A program made the translations under genes and the position numbers. Positions 19,723-29,443 of a stretch of DNA of 64,000 bases are shown here, in pieces. The notes beneath the pieces were generated by a model, which was given only the letters and a program-made list of their open reading frames with translations, was not told the DNA's origin and searched no databases. Within the stretch, counting starts at the first letter, position 1. Each line of letters opens with the position of its first letter. Where the stretch lies: NCBI GenBank assembly GCA_017558115.1, contig JAFYWG010000061.1, positions 83,287-147,286 on the forward strand, read 5' to 3'. Source of the DNA: Alistipes sp. (GTDB lineage: Bacteria > Bacteroidota > Bacteroidia > Bacteroidales > Rikenellaceae).

Positions 19723-20428
19723 AGACCTGTATATTTAGCAACTCGTCGAGGGCTACGAAGCTATAGCCTCGTGCTCTACCCTGAGTAATGATATCTTCAA
19801 GGAGCTCCTCCGCGCCCTCGCACCTGTCGTGCAGCAGGATAATGGCGCCGGGGTGTAGTCTCTTTATAACCCTCTTTGCCACGCTCTTACGCGATGACCT
19901 ACGCATAGTGTCGTAGGAGCGTATGCTCCAGCCTATGACGTTGTGTCCCAGGGCGCTCATCGCCTTGCCTATAGCGGGAACGGTGACACCGAATGGGGGT
20001 CTAAAGAGGCGTGCGCGGCGACCTGCAGCGCGATAGATGGCATCGGAGCAGGCCATGATGTTATCCTCCACCTTAATGCGGCTCCATAGTGGGAACTTAG
20101 CATCGTGCGAGAGGGTGTGGTTTGCCACGATATGTCCCTCGCCTACCATGCGGGCAACAAGCTCGGGGTGGCGCTCAACATTTTCGCCTACAAGGAAGAA
20201 CGTAGCACGCACCTCGTGGCGTTTGAGTACGTCGAGTACCTTTGCCGTATTCTTGGCGTGCGGGCCGTCGTCGAAGGTGAGGGCTACGCACCTCTGCTCG
20301 GTTTGACCCTTGCAGTATGCCTTAACATAGACATTACTACCCACATCTGCCGATGCCCACACCAAGAAGATGTTGGCTGCGACAAATAGCGCTAAACAGA
20401 CGAGGAGTATGGTGACTATGATAGACAT
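19712..20428 (-). CDS. CE4 polysaccharide deacetylase with N-terminal TM anchor
   Basis: LTFDDGP, NHTLSH, FRPPFG and ILLHD; likely start MSIIV at 20428. Confidence 0.9.
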   Translation of the reverse strand: MSIIVTILLVCLALFVAANIFLVWASADVGSNVYVKAYCKGQTEQRCVALTFDDGPHAKNTAKVLDVLKRHEVRATFFLVGENVERHPELVARMVGEGHIVANHTLSHDAKFPLWSRIKVEDNIMACSDAIYRAAGRRARLFRPPFGVTVPAIGKAMSALGHNVIGWSIRSYDTMRRSSRKSVAKRVIKRLHPGAIILLHDRCEGAEELLEDIITQGRARGYSFVALDELLNIQVYED

Positions 20429-21225
20429 CTTACGACAATAACTGTGGGTGTTGCACCAAAATATTCGTTGTATATAACCACTTCGGGCGTTCCCTCCGCC
20501 ACGAGCTTTACAGCCTCGGCAAAGCATTGTGCCGACGAGGTGGGGTAGAGGCCATACTTCGCGTAGTTATTATATATAACGTGTGTACGCTCATCTGTAG
20601 CATACTCCGCCACGACCTTTTCGTGCGATAGGTTCTCTGCGGGGAATGCCAATGTCGAAACCTCTGCTATGGAGCGCTCGTTGCGCTTAGCTCCAACTAT
20701 TGCGAACATCGCACCCTCGCCACATGCCACCTTGCGGAATAGTCCCATGCGCTCCATGATGCGACGCTGTGAGGGTGTCTCCTCGTCGAAGGCGCCGAGT
20801 AACATATGCTCGCTGTCGCCATCCTCGGCGCGCATCATAGCATCGAGAAGTGCATCCTCGAAACTGTGGCTGCGGTTGACGTAGGTGACGTTGTAGCAGT
20901 GGTTGTGTCCCAAGAGCGCAATCTGACCACCTACGGTGTTGAAGGTGCTCTGGATGAAGGGTGTGGGGTTGAGCAGCTGCTCCTTATCAACAATGACGTT
21001 GCGCAAGAAGCGCTCGCTATCGGCAAGGCAGCCCCAGCCCGTAGCGGTGATGATGCCGTCGAGGCTTGCGATACCCTCAACGCCACCTACCGTTTCAATA
21101 GCTGTGGTCACGGCGCTCTTAATCACGCGACTCATGCGGCGGCGAAGTCCCGCATCGGGGATAAGCACCTTTATGTCGGTTGTTACATCGTGGTTGGTGA
21201 CCACGCGCTCAATAAAACACCTCAT
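20416..21225 (-). CDS. Ketosynthase chain-length factor (non-catalytic)
   Basis: RRRMSR, ATGWGCLADSERFL and PTPFIQSTFNTVGGQIAL; no KS catalytic triad. Confidence 0.82.
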   Translation of the reverse strand: MRCFIERVVTNHDVTTDIKVLIPDAGLRRRMSRVIKSAVTTAIETVGGVEGIASLDGIITATGWGCLADSERFLRNVIVDKEQLLNPTPFIQSTFNTVGGQIALLGHNHCYNVTYVNRSHSFEDALLDAMMRAEDGDSEHMLLGAFDEETPSQRRIMERMGLFRKVACGEGAMFAIVGAKRNERSIAEVSTLAFPAENLSHEKVVAEYATDERTHVIYNNYAKYGLYPTSSAQCFAEAVKLVAEGTPEVVIYNEYFGATPTVIVVRCLS

Positions 21226-21228
21226 AGT

Positions 21229-22404
21229 CTATCGTGTAAAGAGTATTGAACTGCAGTTGCCACCAAAGCCAAATGAGTTGCTAAGCACGCACTTCACCTC
21301 TCGGCCCTCCTCAAACTGAGTGACGGGCTTAAGGTTGTAGGCCGCTATAGGCTCACTAAAGTTGTGGTTGGCATATCTATAACCATGCTTAAGTGCCATG
21401 ACCGAGAATACCGCCTCGATGCCTCCTGCTGCCGCGAGCGTATGTCCCGTGTAGCCCTTTGTCGAACTAAAGGGTGGCACGCTCTGGCCAAAAAGGCGTA
21501 CAAAGGCAGCACTCTCCGATGCGTCGTTGTTGGGTGTTCCCGTGCCGTGGGCGTTGATGTAGTCCACCGCGTTGGGCTCGATGCCCGCCATGGCAACAGC
21601 ATCTGCCATAGCCATGTAGGCGCCATCACCCTCTGCCGAAGATGCCGTCTGGTGGTGGGCATCGTTGCGGTTGGCGTAACCAGCCAAGTGGCAGATGTAG
21701 TTTGAAGCATCCTCCTCGCGCTGCAGCACGATATATCCAGCACCCTCGCCAAGGTTTAGTCCCGCGCGCGTCTCATCAAAGGGGCGGCAGGGCTTCTCAT
21801 CAAGTATCATCAACGACTTGAAGCCATTGAGCGTAAAGGCACTTAGCGCATCGCTACCGCCCACAACAACCATATCTACGATGTTGTGTTTTAGTAGTTT
21901 TGCTCCTATGATTATGGCATTTGCTGCCGAAGAGCAGGCTGTGCTGAGTGTCGTTCTGTATCCCTCGATGCCGCAGTACTTAGCAATGACATCGGTGCTT
22001 GCTGCGCAGTCGTGCATCCTCGCATCGCGCAACCTGCCCGCACCCTCATCCTCAATGAAGCGCTCGAAGAAGTGCTCTGTGAGGTCCATACCTCCCACCG
22101 AGGTTGAAGATACGAGGCCTATGCGTTTGGGATTGCTCCTATCTACGCCCTCAAGAGCTTCGCGAACGGCGAGGATGCCCAATAGTGCGGTGCGTGATAG
22201 ATGCTCGCGGGGTGATATTGCAAGGAGTTCGTGTAGCTCCTCGTTGCACATAGCAAGCTCGCCAACGGGGAGTCGATGGCCTGTTTTGAGGAGTGTGGGG
22301 TGTGCAGAGATGCCACTTGCACCCTCGCGTAGCGACGCAAGGTTGCGCTCGACACCCACGCCGAGTGCCGAGACAACTCCTACACCTGTCACAACAATAG
22401 CCAT
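21229..22404 (-). CDS. Beta-ketoacyl-ACP synthase (aryl-polyene KS)
   Basis: STACSSA, NAHGTGT, GHTLAAAG and SFGFGG; likely start MAIVV at 22404. Confidence 0.92.
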   Translation of the reverse strand: MAIVVTGVGVVSALGVGVERNLASLREGASGISAHPTLLKTGHRLPVGELAMCNEELHELLAISPREHLSRTALLGILAVREALEGVDRSNPKRIGLVSSTSVGGMDLTEHFFERFIEDEGAGRLRDARMHDCAASTDVIAKYCGIEGYRTTLSTACSSAANAIIIGAKLLKHNIVDMVVVGGSDALSAFTLNGFKSLMILDEKPCRPFDETRAGLNLGEGAGYIVLQREEDASNYICHLAGYANRNDAHHQTASSAEGDGAYMAMADAVAMAGIEPNAVDYINAHGTGTPNNDASESAAFVRLFGQSVPPFSSTKGYTGHTLAAAGGIEAVFSVMALKHGYRYANHNFSEPIAAYNLKPVTQFEEGREVKCVLSNSFGFGGNCSSILFTR

Positions 22405-22408
22405 ACTC

Positions 22409-22663
22409 CTACTTGCGGTTGGCGCTGATGTACTCGGCAAGCGTCTTTACAGAGTAGAATACGGGCTTTGCCTCAGCAGAGTTTGCGAGCTTCACGCCAT
22501 AGTACTTCTCCAAAATGAGGATGATCTCGAGTGCGTCGATAGAGTCGAGACCGAGGCCCTCGCCAAACAATGGCGCCTCAGCATCGATATCTTCGGGTGT
22601 GATCTCCTCCAAGTTAAGCTCCTCGATGAGGTGCTCCTTCAACTCCTGAATAAGCTGTTCCAT
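22409..22663 (-). CDS. Acyl carrier protein
   Basis: Acidic 84-aa protein with GLDSIDALE. Confidence 0.92.
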   Translation of the reverse strand: MEQLIQELKEHLIEELNLEEITPEDIDAEAPLFGEGLGLDSIDALEIILILEKYYGVKLANSAEAKPVFYSVKTLAEYISANRK

Positions 22664-22669
22664 AATGAT

Positions 22670-24322
22670 TTACGCTTTTAATAGTTTTATATTTACTTTC
22701 CAATTTTCGTTTAGGTAGTCGCACCAGCCTGCGATAACCACGTCGGCATCGCCACGTTCGATGAGTGCGCGAGCATAATCCTCCTCCACACCACGATCCT
22801 CGTTGTCGATGAAGAAGGTGTTGTCGCCCTGAATCTTATGACGTATGCACATCTCGCCAGCTGCAACATTTGCCAACGTGTAGACAAATGCTGCGGGTGA
22901 TGCGCCCTCTGCGAGGTGCTGGTTGAGAATGCGCTGGTGGATGACGTCGGCATCCATCGACGCTGTGCGGTTAGTAAGCACAATGGCGCGGCGCGTAGGC
23001 TCAACCTCTGCCATATTCTCCATGGCCAAAAGACGTTCCACGGCAACGTACAACGCCTTGCTCATGTCGCTCATCTTGTAGAACTTCATGTTACTCTCAC
23101 CGAAGCTCTTAAACTCGCCACGGATAAACTCGGCAAATGTCAACTCCGACTGTGGTAACGCATACTCTGCTACCACGCGTGCTGAGCGTGTGCACTCGGG
23201 GATAACCCTTGTGCGGGGTTCCATATCGAGCACAATAGCGGCATTGCAGCCACCAAAGCCCGAGGCACTCTTCACGCAGCAACGACCACTAATCGCCTGC
23301 TCCCTGTTAGAGAGCGTTAGGGTATGTGGGGTATCCGACGATGTAAAGCCCTTAGTACCAAAGATATATCCTGCTTTTAGCTCCTCGGCGCTGATGATAG
23401 TCTCCACAACGCCCGAAGCACCCAACGTGTGGCCGATATATCCCTTGAGGCTATTCAGAGGCTTATCCGTAAGCTCTGCCCATGCCACAGCTTTGCTCTC
23501 CATCTCGTCGTTGTAGCGTGTCGCTGTGCCGTGGGTATTCACAAAGCCTACATCCTCCTTCGTTACGCCCGCCTCACGCATGGCGTTTGCAATGGCGTAG
23601 TACAAGCCATCTCCCGTACGCGAAGGGCCTGAGATATGGTTGGCATCGTTCGATATAGCACCACCGGCAAGGCGTATCTTGGCCTCGTCGGCAAGAGCCT
23701 CATCAGTTGTGAGTAGCACCGCACCAGCAGCCTCGCCCAATGTGAGACCATCGCGCTCGGCGTCGTAGGGGCGACAGGGCTGTGAGCTAATAGACTTAAA
23801 GGATGCGAAGCCCGCGGTGATAAACTCCGAGAGGGCATCGCCACCCGCCACGATGACATGCTTCGCCTTAGACGACTGCAGCAACTCGCGCGCTACGACA
23901 AAGGCCGAGACACCCGAGATGCAGGCATTGGAGATGACAATGGGGCGGCGTGCAGCGTTGTAGCGGCGTGCTATAGCCTCCGCAGATGTATATATATAGG
24001 TAGCCTCAGCGATATTCTCGCAATCCTCGGCCAAGAGGTCGATATTTCCCTTCGTGGTAGAGAGAACCAGCTGAACATCCTCGCTATGGAGCGATACCGC
24101 CGAGTCGGTGAGGATGTTGTCCAACTGCTCGATAATCATCGACTCGAAGCATGAGTAGCCCTCAACAATCTTCACTTCCGACCTTCCAGCATACATGCCG
24201 AAGGCCTCCTCATACTTTAGTCCGCACTCACCACGACGCATAGCCGCAAGCGTCTCATATTTGTCGCCCAGTGCTGTGCGCAACGACGAGGCACCAAGGT
24301 ATATCTCTATCTGTTTAGCCAT
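22670..24322 (-). CDS. Ketosynthase fused to a C-terminal CLF-like domain
   Basis: KS motifs SNACISG, NTHGTAT, GHTLGASG and SGFGG, then ~180 aa with KFYKMS and SPAAFVYTLANV; start 24322 or 24334. Confidence 0.85.
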   Translation of the reverse strand: MAKQIEIYLGASSLRTALGDKYETLAAMRRGECGLKYEEAFGMYAGRSEVKIVEGYSCFESMIIEQLDNILTDSAVSLHSEDVQLVLSTTKGNIDLLAEDCENIAEATYIYTSAEAIARRYNAARRPIVISNACISGVSAFVVARELLQSSKAKHVIVAGGDALSEFITAGFASFKSISSQPCRPYDAERDGLTLGEAAGAVLLTTDEALADEAKIRLAGGAISNDANHISGPSRTGDGLYYAIANAMREAGVTKEDVGFVNTHGTATRYNDEMESKAVAWAELTDKPLNSLKGYIGHTLGASGVVETIISAEELKAGYIFGTKGFTSSDTPHTLTLSNREQAISGRCCVKSASGFGGCNAAIVLDMEPRTRVIPECTRSARVVAEYALPQSELTFAEFIRGEFKSFGESNMKFYKMSDMSKALYVAVERLLAMENMAEVEPTRRAIVLTNRTASMDADVIHQRILNQHLAEGASPAAFVYTLANVAAGEMCIRHKIQGDNTFFIDNEDRGVEEDYARALIERGDADVVIAGWCDYLNENWKVNIKLLKA

Positions 24323-24759
24323 CTTTGCTTCCACTCTTCAAAAAAGGTTGGGTTGTTCAAACACATATTTCCGTCGCTGTCGACGAATACCTGCACCGAG
24401 CTGCCACGTGCTACAAGCGCACCATCGCACTCGCGGTGGATGATATACTCGAAGCATAGCTTTGCTGCGGCGGTGTCGATGAGGCGTGTCTCGATGATTG
24501 CGACATCGTTCACCGTAAGTGGTGCCACGTATTGCAGCTGTAGGTCAACGATGGGCGCGGTGTAGCCATTAGCATAGAAGTCGAGGTAGCCGATGCCAGG
24601 GTACTTGCGACCAAAGGCCTCGCGACCATCCTCGAAGTAGCGCACATACTCGCCATGCCACACAACCTGCATAGAGTCCACCTCGCTAAAACGCACGGTG
24701 GTATGTGTGGTGTTTGTGAGAGCGGGTGTCTGGCTTCCTATCTTACGATTTCGCTTCAT
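24307..24759 (-). CDS. 4HBT-type hot-dog thioesterase
   Basis: VRFSEVDSMQVVWHGEYVRYFEDGR. Confidence 0.9.
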   Translation of the reverse strand: MKRNRKIGSQTPALTNTTHTTVRFSEVDSMQVVWHGEYVRYFEDGREAFGRKYPGIGYLDFYANGYTAPIVDLQLQYVAPLTVNDVAIIETRLIDTAAAKLCFEYIIHRECDGALVARGSSVQVFVDSDGNMCLNNPTFFEEWKQRWLNR

Positions 24760-25165
24760 CCGTATCTAAGAATATCTTCATTTTGCATGTGGCAATCTCA
24801 ACATCGTTCACTCGGCACACGGCGCGAATAAGCGTGATGTTGAATACCTCCTGTATAACCTCGATGGTGGTGTAGATGGTGTCACCTACCTTGGGGTGTG
24901 CCGCGATGGCAAAGTCGTTAACCGAACCGATATAGCCGATAGGGATGGGGCGGTTGAGAGTGTTGAAGATGTGTCCAACACGCGCCGCTGCTGACTGCGC
25001 TATGTGCTCGATAAGACCACACTCCGAGAGGGTGGCGTCATCCACAAAGATGTTATCCTCGCGTACGGTGAGCGAACTCTTTGACACGCTCTCCTCGATG
25101 CCAAGGAACTCATCCACCATCACGATAGGTGCACGCTGTGGTATAAGATCGATAATATTAGCCAT
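24743..25165 (-). CDS. Hot-dog dehydratase (ApeP-like)
   Basis: LIPQRAPIVMVD and LIEHIAQSAAA. Confidence 0.85.
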   Translation of the reverse strand: MANIIDLIPQRAPIVMVDEFLGIEESVSKSSLTVREDNIFVDDATLSECGLIEHIAQSAAARVGHIFNTLNRPIPIGYIGSVNDFAIAAHPKVGDTIYTTIEVIQEVFNITLIRAVCRVNDVEIATCKMKIFLDTDEAKS

Positions 25166-26258
25166 TTCTCTTCTTGCAAATCATGATTGAGTGACCAAGG
25201 CCCAAGCCATCGACAATCTCCTCAACCTCGAGGCCAGCGTTGTTCACGCAGCGCTCCATGTCGTCGGAGTGGTACATCTTGCTATTACCGTTGGCCAATG
25301 CCGTAAAGTAGATGCTTGTGAGTGTCAAGCAGTAGGCTGCAGTCTCATACTTCTGGCGATCCCAGAATGTCTCCATGATGTAGAGGCGTGAGTGGTCATC
25401 CATAGACTCCGCAGCACGACGGCAGATGCTTGTTACCTCCTCCTCCGAGAAGCAGTCGAGGAACTGGCTCATCCAGATGACGTCGAATGCTGGAGTGGGG
25501 AACTTAACGCTCTCATCCAAGAGGTTGCAGCCATAGCCATGGATGCGGTCGGCACCCTCCTTGCCGGCTGTCTGCTGGCGCATCATCTCGAGCTGCTGGG
25601 GAAGATCCATGATCGTAACCTCAACATCCTTGTTGTGACCTACGCACTGCATAGCCCAGCGACCTGTGTTGCCACCTACGTCCAACAAGCGCTTAACCTT
25701 GCGCTCGCCGTCGAAAATGATCTTCAACGCCTGGGCGAAAGACTCGTCAGAGTAGAAGTGGTCGAAGCCGAACCAGCTCTTCTGCACCTCTGCGGGGAGG
25801 CTTGAGAGACCCTCATAGATGGTGGGCCACTCGCCAAACACCTTCAAACCCGCGGGCTTGCCCTCTTTGAGTGCCTCCTCGAGGTGGAAGAGACCCAAGT
25901 AGTTGACATCGTGGTTGAAGTTCATGTTGGCACGCGCCATGGGGTCGTTAAGTAGGAACCATCCCGCCTTCGAGATAGTATATTTGTCATCCTTGGTCTT
26001 TACAGTACCAATCGAGAGCGACGCCTCGAGCAACACCTGTGCGGCGTAGTTCGAGAGACCCGTATGCTCCACGATCTCGGCCTGTGTAACGCCATTGCGG
26101 TTGTTCGACAAATACTCCAAGATGCCAAACTTAACCATGAGGCGAGAGACCTGAAATACCATGGGCGCAAAGGCAATCTCCTGTGCGAGACGCTGAGCCT
26201 CGAGTGCTGTCTGATGCTCCTTGCAATAGACCTTTTCAAGCGGTTGTGTGAGCTTCAT
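25158..26258 (-). CDS. Class I SAM methyltransferase (dimerising O/C-methyltransferase type)
   Basis: LLDVGGNTG, MDLP and WMSQFLDCF. Confidence 0.88.
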   Translation of the reverse strand: MKLTQPLEKVYCKEHQTALEAQRLAQEIAFAPMVFQVSRLMVKFGILEYLSNNRNGVTQAEIVEHTGLSNYAAQVLLEASLSIGTVKTKDDKYTISKAGWFLLNDPMARANMNFNHDVNYLGLFHLEEALKEGKPAGLKVFGEWPTIYEGLSSLPAEVQKSWFGFDHFYSDESFAQALKIIFDGERKVKRLLDVGGNTGRWAMQCVGHNKDVEVTIMDLPQQLEMMRQQTAGKEGADRIHGYGCNLLDESVKFPTPAFDVIWMSQFLDCFSEEEVTSICRRAAESMDDHSRLYIMETFWDRQKYETAAYCLTLTSIYFTALANGNSKMYHSDDMERCVNNAGLEVEEIVDGLGLGHSIMICKKRNG

Positions 26259-26298
26259 ATATATAATTTTAAGGTATCTCCTACTGAATTAGTAGTTT

Positions 26299-27192
26299 CT
26301 AATTAATGTTCCAAAAATCGTAGAAGTTGAACCACTGGCGTGGATACTTCCTTGCTATTCTATCCAACGATGCGGCGTACTGCGCTACAAGCTGCTCGTG
26401 GTTAGGTCTTCCCTCGAATATCGCCTCCTCGAAGATGAAACGATAGGTGCGTCTCCTCTCACGCATAGCGTAGTAGAAGATGACGGGCACACGACACTTC
26501 GTAGCAATCTTAAAGGGGCCTGAAGGCAACAGCACCTCGCCACCAAGAATCTCGGTGCGTAGGGTCTGCTCGCGGTTGACAAACCTATCGCCATTGAAGC
26601 ATATATACTCGCCATTGTTCAGCGCCACCTTCATCTCGAGCATGGCACCTATGGCATCCTGGTTCACAGCAATGATTTTGAAGTCATCCGTGCGGCTGGT
26701 ATTACTCTCCACCACCTCCTTGATGCGCTGGTGCTCGGCATCGAACATCACGATGTTTATGCGCTTGCCGTAGGTGCCAAAAAAACCAGCACCCGACTCC
26801 CAGCAGCCTACATGTGCGCCAATCATGACCACACCCTGGCCACTATTGAGAATCTCCAAGAAGCGCTCATAGTTGTCAAATTCGTAACGGTAGCGTTTGG
26901 CAAGGCCCGCCTGCATCGCCATCTTGTCGATGAGCGTCTGGCCAAAGACGTAGTAGTGGCAGTAGAGTTCCCACACTGAGCGCATCATACCCAGCTTGCG
27001 GCGCTCCCTATTGTATGCCCATATGGCTCGCGTTGCCTTTGGTGCAAAGGGGATAAAATAGAATACGATAAAGGCCAAGAAGCAGTATGCACAGCGAATC
27101 CCGAGAAGACGTATGGTATACACAAAAAACTGATAACCAAACTTACCTCCTCGAGACTTGCCACTCCACTGCTTAGCTTGACTACTCGCCAT
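26299..27192 (-). CDS. LpxL/LpxP-like lipid acyltransferase
   Basis: WSGKSRGG N-terminus, AHVGCWE, GDR and PRQWFNFYDFW. Confidence 0.85.
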   Translation of the reverse strand: MASSQAKQWSGKSRGGKFGYQFFVYTIRLLGIRCAYCFLAFIVFYFIPFAPKATRAIWAYNRERRKLGMMRSVWELYCHYYVFGQTLIDKMAMQAGLAKRYRYEFDNYERFLEILNSGQGVVMIGAHVGCWESGAGFFGTYGKRINIVMFDAEHQRIKEVVESNTSRTDDFKIIAVNQDAIGAMLEMKVALNNGEYICFNGDRFVNREQTLRTEILGGEVLLPSGPFKIATKCRVPVIFYYAMRERRRTYRFIFEEAIFEGRPNHEQLVAQYAASLDRIARKYPRQWFNFYDFWNIN

Positions 27193-27430
27193 TGATCTTG
27201 CGGTTCAAGAGATCGTAGAAATCCTTGAATGTAACGATACCCACGAAGTCGGGACCTGTAAGCGTTACACCAAAGTGCTGCTCAACCAAGACAACAACAT
27301 CGACGAAGTCGAGGCTGTCGAGGCCCAATGTATCCTTCAATGAGGCATCGGGAGTGATGGTTGCGGGATCGATCTCAAACTCTTCTGCAAGGACCTCTGA
27401 GGCCTTCTCAATAATTTCTTCGATTGTCAT
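27182..27430 (-). CDS. Acyl carrier protein
   Basis: Acidic 82-aa protein with LGLDSLDFVD. Confidence 0.92.
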   Translation of the reverse strand: MTIEEIIEKASEVLAEEFEIDPATITPDASLKDTLGLDSLDFVDVVVLVEQHFGVTLTGPDFVGIVTFKDFYDLLNRKINGE

Positions 27431-27449
27431 AGTAGTAAATGATATTCAA

Positions 27450-28673
27450 TTATTTAAACTTTTTTACAATAAGTGATGAGTTGGTGCCACCAAAGCCGAA
27501 GGAGTTGCTAAGGAACATGTCGAACTCCATGTCGATGCGCTGGGTGGGGATGTTGATGTTAACAGATGCCTCATCGGGCTCCTCGAAGTTGAGGTTCGGA
27601 GCGATGAAGTTGTTCTGCATCATAAGCATAGAGTAGATAATCTCACTCGCACCCGCCATCCACATCTCGTGGCCTGTGAACGACTTTGTGCTTGCCACGT
27701 AGGGCTTGTGCTCGCCAAATACCTCGGCGATAGCCTTGGCCTCGTTCAAATCACCTACGGGTGTAGATGTGGCGTGGGCATTGACATACTTGATGTCTGC
27801 AATGTCGACACCCGCATCGCGGATAGCCATCATCAACGAGCGCTTAGGACCGTCGACGTTGGGCACAGAGATGTGGTCGCCATTAGATGAAAAACCATAG
27901 CCTACGACCTCTGCGAGGATTGTAGCACCGCGCTTTACGGCCGACTCGTAGCTCTCGAGCACAAGGCTCGCTGCACCACCACTGGGTACGAGGCCGTCGC
28001 GATTCTTGTCGAAGGGGCGTGATGCCTTTGTGGGCTCATCCTCGCGTGACGAGAAGGCGTTCAGTGCGTCGAAGTTACCCATAGAGTACTTGTTTACCTC
28101 CTCGGCGCCACCACAGATAACACACTCCTGCAATCCCTGCTTGATGAGCATATAGCCCAAGCCAATGGCGTGTGAGCCGCTGGCGCATGCACCCGACACG
28201 GTGAAGTTGATGCCGCGAAGGTTGAAGATTGTAGAGAGGTTCATCGTGATAGTAGAGTTCATGCTCTGGAAGATGTTGCCAGAGCCCACCAACACGGTGT
28301 TCTTCTTCTCGCGGATGATGTCCGTACCGGTAATTACCGCCTCGGCGCTACTATCGTTGCCGTAGAGGATGCCCACCTCGTTGTTGAGCAAAAACTCCTT
28401 GTCGATGCCTGCCTGAGCCAGGGCCTCAACAGTTGCTACGTAGGCATACTGGCCATGCTCCGAGAGGCAGAGACGCTGTCTGCGGTCGAGAGCACCCTTA
28501 AGGTTGGGCTTCTCCAAGATGCCGCTGAGGGCCGACTGGTAGCCCATCTCCTTACGCTCGGGGACAATGCCGATGCCCGACTTGCCCTCGAAGAGCGACT
28601 TAGCTACCTCCTCCTTATTTGTTCCGATGCAGGAATAGATACCCATTCCTGTGATTACAACTCTATGTGACAT
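27450..28673 (-). CDS. FabB/FabF-type beta-ketoacyl-ACP synthase
   Basis: SGACASGSH, NAHATST, GHEMWMAG and NSFGFGG. Confidence 0.93.
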   Translation of the reverse strand: MSHRVVITGMGIYSCIGTNKEEVAKSLFEGKSGIGIVPERKEMGYQSALSGILEKPNLKGALDRRQRLCLSEHGQYAYVATVEALAQAGIDKEFLLNNEVGILYGNDSSAEAVITGTDIIREKKNTVLVGSGNIFQSMNSTITMNLSTIFNLRGINFTVSGACASGSHAIGLGYMLIKQGLQECVICGGAEEVNKYSMGNFDALNAFSSREDEPTKASRPFDKNRDGLVPSGGAASLVLESYESAVKRGATILAEVVGYGFSSNGDHISVPNVDGPKRSLMMAIRDAGVDIADIKYVNAHATSTPVGDLNEAKAIAEVFGEHKPYVASTKSFTGHEMWMAGASEIIYSMLMMQNNFIAPNLNFEEPDEASVNINIPTQRIDMEFDMFLSNSFGFGGTNSSLIVKKFK

Positions 28674-28674
28674 A

Positions 28675-29430
28675 TCAAGTGTAGATTCCTCCGTTAATAG
28701 AAATTACTTCGCCTGTGATGTATGCTGCGGCATCCGATGCCAAGAAGGCAACCAAGTCGGCAACCTCCTCGGGCTCGCCAAAGCGACCCGCAGGTACGAG
28801 CTTCTTGAGCTCCGCCTCGTTCAAATCGGCGGTCATATCGCTCTTGATGAAGCCTGGAGCTACGGCATTTACCGTTACGCGCTTCTTAGCAACCTCCTGC
28901 GCCAAGGCCTTAGTAGCCGCAATGAGGCCACCCTTAGCTGCAGAGTAGTTCACCTGGCCAGGCATACCCTTGATGCCCGAGAGCGATGCTACGTTGATGA
29001 TGCGACCCCACTTCTTCACAAGCATATCCTTCACAAGGGGCTGTGTGACGTTGTAGAAGCCGTCGAGAGAGGTAGAGAGCACGCTGCGCCACTCCTCCGC
29101 GGGCATCCACATCATAAGGTTGTCCTTGCGGATGCCAGCGTTGTTTACCACAACCGAGATATAGTCGTTGGGGTGCTGTGCCTTCCATGCTGCAAGGGCG
29201 TCGGCCACAGCTGCGCAGTTGCTGACATCGAAGGGGAGCAACTCCGCCCTGCCTCCATTTGCCGTAATGTCATCGAGCGTCTTCTGTGCCGCATCGACGT
29301 TGGATGCGTAGTTGATGATCACGACAAAGCCCTGTGACGCCAACTTCAGAGCTATGGCGCGTCCAATGCCTCGGCTAGCGCCAGTAACAAGGGCGTAGCG
29401 TGCAGCAGTGTTAGTGTTTACTTCGTTCAT
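28675..29430 (-). CDS. fabG: 3-oxoacyl-ACP reductase (cluster-associated)
   Basis: TGASRGIG, NNAG and NYSAAK. Confidence 0.9.
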   Translation of the reverse strand: MNEVNTNTAARYALVTGASRGIGRAIALKLASQGFVVIINYASNVDAAQKTLDDITANGGRAELLPFDVSNCAAVADALAAWKAQHPNDYISVVVNNAGIRKDNLMMWMPAEEWRSVLSTSLDGFYNVTQPLVKDMLVKKWGRIINVASLSGIKGMPGQVNYSAAKGGLIAATKALAQEVAKKRVTVNAVAPGFIKSDMTADLNEAELKKLVPAGRFGEPEEVADLVAFLASDAAAYITGEVISINGGIYT

Positions 29431-29443
29431 ATCTGAAATCGTT

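Noticed and set aside
26779-26785. Phase-variable homopolymer in the acyltransferase gene
   Set aside because: Only a 7-nt run, in frame (Gly-Phe-Phe); too short to support phase variation.
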